Source: Clostridium sp. CAG:169
Lineage (GTDB): Bacteria > Bacillota > Clostridia > Oscillospirales > Ruminococcaceae
DNA: 51,883 nucleotides
Direction: 5' to 3'
NCBI GenBank assembly: GCA_000435195.1
Contig: FR880304.1
Coordinates: 29,610-81,492 of the forward strand
Numbering within the stretch: position 1 is the first letter of the stretch; each line of letters begins with the position of its first letter. The notes beneath the pieces were generated by a model. That model saw nothing but the letters and a program-made list of their open reading frames with translations. It made no database searches and had not been told where the DNA came from. This document shows, in pieces, positions 1-7,692 of the stretch. The position numbers and the translations under genes are program-made.

Positions 1-637
1 CATCAGACGCAGACTTTGTAAAGCCGTTGAAGCCGCTGCTCTGGATAATGGCAGGATAATCCACATAGGCGTAGTCCATATCCACATTACCACTGATGCC
101 GTCAACAGAGCCCTTGGAAGAATACTGCCAGATGCCGTAGTCGCCCTTATAGGAACACTTGCTGGCATACTGCGCTACCCAGTGAGCGTAGGGCGTGAGC
201 TTGGAGTCGTCCATGCGTTCTTTGAAGCCGGAAACAGCGGAGCCATAGATCCCGACGAAGTAACCGGCATCTTCCATAGTTTCACAGAAAGCAATGGTGG
301 CCTCAGTGATTCCGGCTTTGGCAGAAGCGGGCTGTGCCTCGTTATCCATATAGACCGGATATTCCAGCTGCTTGCCCTTCAGGATTTGCAGGAAGCGCTC
401 AGCGTCTGCTTTTCCGGCGGCAGCAGTCACGCAGTCCTTTCCGACATAGTAATAAGCACCGATTGGGATACCGGCAGCCTTCGCACCTTTGTAATTTGCT
501 TCCCATTTGCTGTCCGTATAAAAACCGGCATCGGAGCCGCCAGCCTTGATGATGGCAAACTCGATACCGGCCTTTTTGACCTTATTCCAGTCAATGGTTC
601 CCTGCCAATGACTGACGTCGATTCCTTTTCTCGTCAT
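1..637 (-). CDS. GH25 muramidase endolysin (3' end runs off the window)
   Basis: Manual translation from ATG 637: MTRKGIDVSHWQGTIDWNKVKKAGIEFAIIKAGG...GAYYY...YPVYMDNE (GH25 motifs); directly after the holin; absent from the ORF track. Confidence 0.92.
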   Translation of the reverse strand, partial: MTRKGIDVSHWQGTIDWNKVKKAGIEFAIIKAGGSDAGFYTDSKWEANYKGAKAAGIPIGAYYYVGKDCVTAAAGKADAERFLQILKGKQLEYPVYMDNEAQPASAKAGITEATIAFCETMEDAGYFVGIYGSAVSGFKERMDDSKLTPYAHWVAQYASKCSYKGDYGIWQYSSKGSVDGISGNVDMDYAYVDYPAIIQSSGFNGFTKSASD

Positions 638-638
638 A

Positions 639-1052
639 TTATTTTTCCTCCTCATCGTGACGGTCGTGGAGCTGCTCCAAGACCTCCTTTAATTTCTCCG
701 GTACCGGCAGGCCGAGATGTGCTGCGTTCTCCGTCAGTGACAGGCCTTCATTGGACAGGTAGAAGAAGATGATCGCCGTGCGGAGCACTCCCGGATGGCC
801 GAGTACCTGAACATCAATGACGTTTCCGATGCCTACCAGCAGGAAGATCAGCACCTTGCGGCAGATTCCCTTAAAGCCGACCTCGCTTGAGAGCTTTTTG
901 TCTACGATGGCACACATGATGCCGGTAAGGTAGTCGCAGGTCACAAAGATCACCAGAGCAATCAAGAGTCCGTCACAGCCGCCAAGGAAATAGCCAAGCC
1001 AGCCTCCGACGGCGGCAAATACCAGTTGGATCGTGTTCCAGAATTCTTTCAT
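639..1052 (-). CDS. Phage holin (holin_4 / toxin-secretion type)
   Basis: Hydrophobic helices, DYLTG...KGICRK...NEGLSLTENAAHLGLPVP signature, upstream of endolysin. Confidence 0.92.
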   Translation of the reverse strand: MKEFWNTIQLVFAAVGGWLGYFLGGCDGLLIALVIFVTCDYLTGIMCAIVDKKLSSEVGFKGICRKVLIFLLVGIGNVIDVQVLGHPGVLRTAIIFFYLSNEGLSLTENAAHLGLPVPEKLKEVLEQLHDRHDEEEK

Positions 1053-1073
1053 GAGAAAATCCCTCCTTTATGC

Positions 1074-1105
1074 AAAATAAAAGCCGCCTGCATTTTGCAG
1101 ACAGC
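1074..1105 (-). terminator. Intrinsic terminator between the GH18 gene and holin
   Basis: Minus strand GCTGTCTGCA-AAA-TGCAGGCGGC followed by TTTTATTTT. Confidence 0.65.
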
Positions 1106-1131
1106 CTCGTGAACTGTATCCGTGTATGAAG

Positions 1132-3603
1132 TTATATCTGTTTTGGCAGTGCCTCCCAGAGCCGCATATCCTCCTGTCCCAGCGACCACATGGCAAAGCC
1201 TCTCACTCCCCAGCGGTAGGCCGCTTCGTTTGCCCAGTAAACGAGCGAGTCCACATCCTGATAGTAGAGGATGGAAAAGCCGTCTGCGTCTCCGAGAAAG
1301 AGCCTTGCTATCCAAATGTCGATATCCTTTGGCGTGATGGTCACCGTATAATCGTTCCCACAGGTCAGGGCAAGCTCATGGGAGTGGTAGAATTCATAAT
1401 CCAGCGAAATACTCTCGCTGCGTGTCGCATCCTCCTCGATATCCGAGGTCAACGTAAACACCTGAAATTCCGTATCCCACGTGGCGTTCGACCGGCTGAT
1501 CCTGCCATACTGCGTAACTGTGCCGTCCGGGAAGGTAACATCAAAGCGTTCGTATGGCTCGTAAGTCCACGCATCGCCAAGGCGGAGCAGCTCGCAGACC
1601 GTCCGGTTATCTGATCGGTATCCGGCATAGCCTCCGGAAAAGCCGCTGACCGTAGCGGTGAAGCGAAGCGTATAGGAAGAACCGGAATAGACACGCACCT
1701 TGTTTCCACGGATACGCAACTCGACCGTGTACATGGATGGATCGGTACGCAGGTCTGCATTTGCCGTTCGCTCTATGGTCTGACTGTAGCTGCCAAGGAG
1801 CGTGCTGCCGTTATAAAGCTCCACAGCCTGAGAATCATAATTCAGGCAGCAGAACAGATCACCACAGAATACTCCGGCTTTGCCACTTCCTGTCACAGGA
1901 AAAGCCAGCCTTGCCCGCAGGTGAATATCGGAAAAACCATCGTATCGCCATGCGAGCTTTCCGGAGCCGTCAAGCTGGGAGTAAACGCGGCTTTCGGAAT
2001 ATTCATCCTCGCGCCATACAGTCCAAGAGCCTGAAAGCGTCGTCCAGTAGTTTGTTTGCAGCACACCGTAGTCCCGGAAATCCTCATACCAGATAAGGGC
2101 AGAGTCCGGCTTTCGCCTCAGCATTTCGCAGGTGAGCTTGAAAGCTCTGTCCGGCTGACACTCGTTGCCGTCCACGTCGATAAAGTGGCGTGGAGAGAGC
2201 GTAAAGGTCGCAGTGCCCGCAGAGGGAGCCTCCGAAAAGCTGCTGCAAACACGGTAGCCATAAAACTGTACGCCTTTTACATCCACGGATATCACGATGG
2301 TGTGCGTACCGGCAGATAGTGAAATGTTGCTGGCGAGCGTCGTCCAGAAGGTGCTTCTCCAATATGGCCACCAGAGCCTGCTTTCCGTAAAATGCGTCGT
2401 GTTGCCGTCAATCGAAACATAGATGCCGTTTTTATCCCAGAAGGGATAACAGAGGCGGATGGCGATGTCGTAAGTTCCGGCGCTTGATACGGAAAAGGTA
2501 TATGTGGCAGAGCCAGCGTCACCGAGAGTGGCTACAGCGTTTTCAAAGGATACGATGCCGGAGTAGGAGCTTGTCGTTCCATCCGCATCCACATAAATGG
2601 TGCCGAACTCTGTGTGTTGCTCTTTGCTGTAAGCGGTCAGGTAATGCCGCCTGTTATAGGTTCCGTTCATCAAAGGATACTCATAGCTTGTGGCGTCCCT
2701 GCCTTCCATGAAGTCGTAGACCTGCGGAAGCGCCCAAGGCACCATATCATAATCATCCCAATATGCGAGGATCGGGATGAAGGGCTGTGGAGGAGCATCG
2801 TCTGTAAAGTTATATTTCCCGGTCATCCAGTTCTTTGCCGCATAGTAGGTGTTTGACGTGCCGCGATAGGTTTTACCGAGGTTTGCAGGAAGGTCATAAA
2901 TCTGCCAGTTCCATCCGTATGCAGGAAGGCCGAAGAATATCTTCTCCGGATTCATGACTGTGACCGCATAGTCGTAAATGCCCTCCAGCCAGTCCCTTGG
3001 AGAGACGGCTCCGGGAGCAGAGCCTGCCCACGCCATGCCATAGCTCATGATGGCCGCCGTATCGCAGTAAGCATTGAGGTCGCCGTAAACGCACCAGTTT
3101 TCACCTCCGACCGAGCCGTTGATGGAATTCATACCCGGCAGGCAGATGTTTATGAGTTTGCTGTTATCATAGCCTTTTACTGTGTTATAGATATTCCGAA
3201 ACATTGCCGTGGAGGCAGCGTGCGTGGAATACCCGTCGCCCTTCTCAAGGTCAATGTCGATGCCGTCGCACCACGGGTATTTTTCCATAATGCGGACGAT
3301 CTCCGAAAGGAAGGTGTCCTGAGCACCGTCGGTGTTATCCCGGAGAGCTGCAAAGATACTGTTCGTGCCATCATTGGATATCGTCAGGAGCCATTTGATA
3401 TGCGGCCATCTATTGATGTAGGTCAGCATATTGGAAATGGCCACGCCGCTTTCCGTAATGATACCGGTGCGCGATACCTTAAAAGAAAAGAGACCTACCT
3501 GCGAGAGGCGGTCTCCATATGCGGCAAGTGCCTGATACATTCTGGAATTGCCCATGAATGTCCAGACCATGCATTTGCGGCCTTTCAAATAATCATAGCT
3601 CAT
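1132..3603 (-). CDS. Tail-associated GH18 glycoside hydrolase with inserted carbohydrate-binding/lectin-like domains
   Basis: GIDIDLE (DxDxE) catalytic motif, IMSYG, FGLPAYG and C-terminal GFAMWSLGQED. Confidence 0.85.
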   Translation of the reverse strand: MSYDYLKGRKCMVWTFMGNSRMYQALAAYGDRLSQVGLFSFKVSRTGIITESGVAISNMLTYINRWPHIKWLLTISNDGTNSIFAALRDNTDGAQDTFLSEIVRIMEKYPWCDGIDIDLEKGDGYSTHAASTAMFRNIYNTVKGYDNSKLINICLPGMNSINGSVGGENWCVYGDLNAYCDTAAIMSYGMAWAGSAPGAVSPRDWLEGIYDYAVTVMNPEKIFFGLPAYGWNWQIYDLPANLGKTYRGTSNTYYAAKNWMTGKYNFTDDAPPQPFIPILAYWDDYDMVPWALPQVYDFMEGRDATSYEYPLMNGTYNRRHYLTAYSKEQHTEFGTIYVDADGTTSSYSGIVSFENAVATLGDAGSATYTFSVSSAGTYDIAIRLCYPFWDKNGIYVSIDGNTTHFTESRLWWPYWRSTFWTTLASNISLSAGTHTIVISVDVKGVQFYGYRVCSSFSEAPSAGTATFTLSPRHFIDVDGNECQPDRAFKLTCEMLRRKPDSALIWYEDFRDYGVLQTNYWTTLSGSWTVWREDEYSESRVYSQLDGSGKLAWRYDGFSDIHLRARLAFPVTGSGKAGVFCGDLFCCLNYDSQAVELYNGSTLLGSYSQTIERTANADLRTDPSMYTVELRIRGNKVRVYSGSSYTLRFTATVSGFSGGYAGYRSDNRTVCELLRLGDAWTYEPYERFDVTFPDGTVTQYGRISRSNATWDTEFQVFTLTSDIEEDATRSESISLDYEFYHSHELALTCGNDYTVTITPKDIDIWIARLFLGDADGFSILYYQDVDSLVYWANEAAYRWGVRGFAMWSLGQEDMRLWEALPKQI

Positions 3604-4178
3604 AGGGCATCACCTCCGTCCTGCATTTCCTGAAACTCAACATAGATGCGTGCAGACTTTTTATCTGCCACAGTAATCGGGTGCTTGCTGTCACCGGCAG
3701 CAGAGTATTGGAAAAAGCCGTCCTTGGATGTTGCAGAGCCGTTCTTCAGGCACTCCCTTGTAGAGGCAAAAAGGTCAAATTCATCACCGGCAGCAGCCGC
3801 TGCTTTGAAAGTTGCCTTATGAGCACCTTCACCCAGCGTAAGCGATATACACCCGGCAGCCATCGCCTGAATCGGATAGACCTTGTAGTCAAGACCGGCA
3901 GCAGTGGTACCGAGATTGAGGATGACGCAGGTAGCAGCGGAGCGGACGATACCGTTATAAAACCTCTTTCCGTCTGTAGCATCATCGCCATCGTATTTTT
4001 CCAGAAACATTTCGGTGTTGATGACAAAGCCTGTGACTTTATCGCCTTCCTGCAGCATCAAGTCGGTAAACCAGACCGAACCGGTGCAATCTATGACGGT
4101 GGGCTTTACCGTGATGTTTACGACGCGCTTATCCTGTTTTTTTGTAATTGTCTCTGTAAAGCGTGTAAACTCCGGCAT
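3600..4178 (-). CDS. Tail-region hypothetical protein; N-terminus paralogous to 4179-4370
   Basis: Coupled ORF in the tail operon; shared DCTGxVxxTDxxLQxG motif. Confidence 0.75.
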   Translation of the reverse strand: MPEFTRFTETITKKQDKRVVNITVKPTVIDCTGSVWFTDLMLQEGDKVTGFVINTEMFLEKYDGDDATDGKRFYNGIVRSAATCVILNLGTTAAGLDYKVYPIQAMAAGCISLTLGEGAHKATFKAAAAAGDEFDLFASTRECLKNGSATSKDGFFQYSAAGDSKHPITVADKKSARIYVEFQEMQDGGDAL

Positions 4179-4370
4179 TTATCCGTCCTCCGTCCATTGA
4201 ATTTCTGATACATGGCCTACCCAGCCGGTGGCGATGGAGCCGCCCTGTAGGAGCATATCTGTTATATATACAGTTCCAGTGCAGTCGGTCACGCATACCC
4301 GGATGGTGATCTTTGTGACGCGGCCATACTGAGGAGAGACATCCTGTGCCACGTGTGTAAATGAAGCCAT
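4179..4370 (-). CDS. Small tail-region protein (half of a jelly-roll/CBM-like fold)
   Basis: Strong RBS AGGAGG at 4378-4383; beta-rich 63 aa; TAA-ATG abutting the next gene. Confidence 0.72.
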   Translation of the reverse strand: MASFTHVAQDVSPQYGRVTKITIRVCVTDCTGTVYITDMLLQGGSIATGWVGHVSEIQWTEDG

Positions 4371-4383
4371 AGAAATCCCTCCT

Positions 4384-6915
4384 TCAGATCAGGTCTATAA
4401 ATCGTGTTTCCGTTGTTCCGTCCTCGTATTCAAAGGTCACCTCAATGCCCACCTGTCCATTCGTACCTTTTGAGAGATTCTCAGAGGCAATCTGCGCCGA
4501 AAAGGTATAGCACTGCCGGTTGGCGGGCGTTATGGTCTGTGAAAGACTCTTTGTGGTATTCAGCGCACCTTCGCATTTGAAGGAAGCCGTGCCAGATACG
4601 CCATTATCTGCATCCACGGTAAATCCGGAGTTTTGCCAGTAGGTAAGACCGGAATCTGCTCTGGAATTACGTAGGTGATTAAACGGCACCAGATCCTTCA
4701 TTTCCTGACTGTCTATCAGATCGGTAGACTCCAGCGTATCGGCTGCGCTATCCCAGCGTGAGGAGGAATCGCCCAGCTCCCGGAGGGTAGTGGAAAGCTC
4801 CAGCACCGCATTCCAAGGCTCCTGCAGGTTGTATTCCCTGCGGACGATTCTGGTCTTTACAGACAGGTTCAGGTCATCATCCTTCACCATGACCGTATCG
4901 CCCAGCGCCCATGTTTCATGTTCATAGCCGGTCAATACTGACAGATCCATCGCCTTTAGCACATAGGAGATACGCGGAGAGGCATAGTCTGCAAGTCGCA
5001 TGTTGGCATATTCCAGCATCTGATATGGATTGGTGAAGTTCGAGCAATCCAGCGTAGCAATTCGTATTTCGGAAGTATAGGTCGTGTCCTGCACATATTC
5101 GTTGCCGCCATTGATCGAAGCAAAGGTCATGCCGTCCTTGCCATAGGCGTAAAGCCTTGTAATCAGGCTGGTCGTATCAATGACGCGTTGGATGGATTTC
5201 ATATTTTTCTTGTAGCAGAACAGTACGCCGGAATCCTCACCGGAGAAGGTTAGGAGCTTCACGATCCTGTTTGCGTTATCAAAAATCAGGTCGCCGCCGT
5301 GAATGTTCTGTACTGCACGCAAAATTGCCAGCGCGTTTTTCTCAGAGCAAGTCCAAGTACGCTTTGTGGAGACATTAACTGTGCCCACATCCCAGTCGGT
5401 ACCCTGCAGGGCATAAGCCATCGGCACATCAGCCGTGTCTGCGTTAAAGGTAATCTCGTCCTTTTTTACGGAGTAGGCAAGGTCATAGAATGCCGCTTCC
5501 GCATAGACCGTTGTGATGGCCTTGCCGCTTTCTTCCTTATCATCCGTAATCGTGCGGATACGATAGGTGTCGCTGACAATTCGCACGGTCTTTTCGTTAT
5601 CGATATAGGCGCGTTTGCTGTCCTGAAACGGCAGTTTAAATTCCAGCTCATCCACGCCGTTGATCTCACTGGTCACAATGATGTCATAGGCGTTATCCAG
5701 CACAGCTTCCACATTCCCGTCTGAGTCCAGAATGACCGGTCTTGCATAGCCAAGTTTGGTATAGAGCGGCTTTGGATTATCGTATAGGCTGATAGATGTC
5801 AGCGTAGGCGTCCTTGCTGCATTTGTGGTAGAGAGCGTGACGCGGTATTTAATATATTTCTTTGAAGGAGATTCCAGCTCGCCGTTTGCACCGACAGCCT
5901 GCCACTCAGTCCAAGTGGAGAGGTCATCTGAGGTAGCTGTTTCCACAAGTGAGATAGAGGTCTCTCCCGGAGAGTAATCTGCCTTAACAGAAACTCTGCC
6001 GTTACCAGTCACGCCACAGTCCCTTGCTGCAGTAATGAGCTGTCCGCTTGACGGATAGACAGAGTCTGTAGCTCGAAGCGTAACGACATCCGGTGTCGTC
6101 AGAGCGTCCACATCACCGGTCAGATCTGCACCGTTTGCGGAGAGCGATTCCAGAAAATATTCTGCAAGGTCATCGGCAGTTAGATCAGAATCACAGTCGA
6201 GGAACCAATCATCAAAGCCGCCTGCATACCAGTAGGAGTCTGCGTGCATTCCCCAGATGAGGTCAGCCACACAGCTACGGTTCAGCTCTCCGGTAAAGGT
6301 CAGCACACTTGACTGCCAAATCGTGCCGGAGCTCTTATCGCCAAGGATGTATTGCGCTGTCTTGGCATTTGGCTTAATCACGCATGCGATAAAATACCAG
6401 TAGCCGTTTAGCAAAGAGAATGATGGCGTTACAGACGTATCGAGGATCAGAGAACCGGAGGAGTTATACAGCATAATCCTCGGTTTTCCTCTGATCAGCG
6501 ACAGATAGAAAATCGGCTGCCCGGAACCGTAGCGGGTATTCAAGATCGGAGTATAGGTGTTGCCGACTGAATATGTCGTAGGCTTCATCCAGCCGCCGAC
6601 CACGATGGTTTCACCGAGGCTTGAGAAGATGCTGCCGTCATTTTCTACTTTCAGATAGGTTTTCTCCGATGAAGGATTATTGATGTTCATCTGAAAATAG
6701 CGACCGAAATTGCCTGTTTTCATATCTGCGGTTGTTCCGCTCCAGTTATGAATATATGCCTTGCGATCCTTCCCGGAGGAATCCGCCAGATAATCATCTG
6801 CATCCGGTTCGGACTCGTTAAAGCGCCAGAGATCGTCTGGAGCCCATGTAGCCGGGAATTCACCGGTGAAGGCATCTTGGGTATTCAATATATTTTTAAG
6901 AGCCATGCGAATCAC
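4384..6915 (-). CDS. Tail spike / Tal (prophage tail endopeptidase-like) with N-terminal LamG/ConA-like domain
   Basis: Follows Dit; LWRFNE...GGFDDWF LamG-like region, then VTSEINGVDELEFKLP...ITRLYAYGKDG...LGDTVMVKD tail domain. Confidence 0.85.
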   Translation of the reverse strand: MIRMALKNILNTQDAFTGEFPATWAPDDLWRFNESEPDADDYLADSSGKDRKAYIHNWSGTTADMKTGNFGRYFQMNINNPSSEKTYLKVENDGSIFSSLGETIVVGGWMKPTTYSVGNTYTPILNTRYGSGQPIFYLSLIRGKPRIMLYNSSGSLILDTSVTPSFSLLNGYWYFIACVIKPNAKTAQYILGDKSSGTIWQSSVLTFTGELNRSCVADLIWGMHADSYWYAGGFDDWFLDCDSDLTADDLAEYFLESLSANGADLTGDVDALTTPDVVTLRATDSVYPSSGQLITAARDCGVTGNGRVSVKADYSPGETSISLVETATSDDLSTWTEWQAVGANGELESPSKKYIKYRVTLSTTNAARTPTLTSISLYDNPKPLYTKLGYARPVILDSDGNVEAVLDNAYDIIVTSEINGVDELEFKLPFQDSKRAYIDNEKTVRIVSDTYRIRTITDDKEESGKAITTVYAEAAFYDLAYSVKKDEITFNADTADVPMAYALQGTDWDVGTVNVSTKRTWTCSEKNALAILRAVQNIHGGDLIFDNANRIVKLLTFSGEDSGVLFCYKKNMKSIQRVIDTTSLITRLYAYGKDGMTFASINGGNEYVQDTTYTSEIRIATLDCSNFTNPYQMLEYANMRLADYASPRISYVLKAMDLSVLTGYEHETWALGDTVMVKDDDLNLSVKTRIVRREYNLQEPWNAVLELSTTLRELGDSSSRWDSAADTLESTDLIDSQEMKDLVPFNHLRNSRADSGLTYWQNSGFTVDADNGVSGTASFKCEGALNTTKSLSQTITPANRQCYTFSAQIASENLSKGTNGQVGIEVTFEYEDGTTETRFIDLI

Positions 6916-7691
6916 CTCCAGCGGCTTCGGGCTTGAATGTTCAGTTCCGTAAATGTTGTACTTGTACCGACTGCAGCAATCACGATGGTGTTATCTCCCG
7001 TATTTAAGACCGGGAAATTCAGCTCCGACAAAAGCGGGAGACCGTTTCGGAGGGTTTCTCCATTAGAATCAACTACTTTTGCCGTCATCAGATCGGAGTC
7101 AATAATCAATGTTTCTCCGGCGGCAAGCCGTCCAATGATCTGAAGCTCGCTGCCGTTTGTGGTTATGGAGATATACGAGTCCGTCCCGGAAGGAATTACA
7201 CCCGTTAAGGAGTAGACCGGGTAGGACTCGATATTCCCAAGAGCGCGAGACGCGGTAAAGGTTCCGGTTTCCGCAAAATCAAAGGTCTCGTCTGATATGG
7301 CATAGCCATAAGGGTCTGGGCAGAAAAATTCCAGATCAAAGGTGCAGGAATTACGGACTGCCCGGTCAAAGGAGAATCCGGACGTAAGCCTTGCTTCATA
7401 CACTCGTCCCGGTTCCTTGTCCAGAATGAGCTGGCAGAGGCCGTTGTCCGGATTCAGCCATTCGATAATATCGTCCTTTTTTGAAAGAAACTGTGCATCT
7501 GTACTTCCCGGAGGAATGAAGCAGGAAATCAGTATCTTTCGCTCGGATACCGTTTCTCCGAAATCAAATACGCCGTGCCGTCCGGGCATGGTGATCGTGT
7601 TGTTTCTAAGCTCCGGCATTCGGTATTCGTTTGTAATCCTTGTCGCAAGTCCCATAGATTGGGAGGTTGTTCCGTTAAATGAAAATCCCAT
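6912..7691 (-). CDS. Distal tail protein (Dit)
   Basis: MGFSFNG start, PGRHG, FFCPDPYGY, GNIESYPV, LNTGDN; directly after the tape measure gene. Confidence 0.88.
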   Translation of the reverse strand: MGFSFNGTTSQSMGLATRITNEYRMPELRNNTITMPGRHGVFDFGETVSERKILISCFIPPGSTDAQFLSKKDDIIEWLNPDNGLCQLILDKEPGRVYEARLTSGFSFDRAVRNSCTFDLEFFCPDPYGYAISDETFDFAETGTFTASRALGNIESYPVYSLTGVIPSGTDSYISITTNGSELQIIGRLAAGETLIIDSDLMTAKVVDSNGETLRNGLPLLSELNFPVLNTGDNTIVIAAVGTSTTFTELNIQARSRWR

Positions 7692-7692
7692 G

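Noticed and set aside
182..772. Plus-strand 196-aa ORF and the many other plus-strand ORFs across 1-34000
   Set aside because: Antisense shadows of well-supported minus-strand phage genes; no recognisable motifs
4176..4181. In-frame TAA-ATG junction suggesting stop read-through
   Set aside because: The downstream ATG has its own GGAGG RBS; translational coupling explains it
1132..6915. Diversity-generating retroelement acting on tail genes
   Set aside because: No reverse transcriptase and no adenine-variant TR/VR pair noticed in the window
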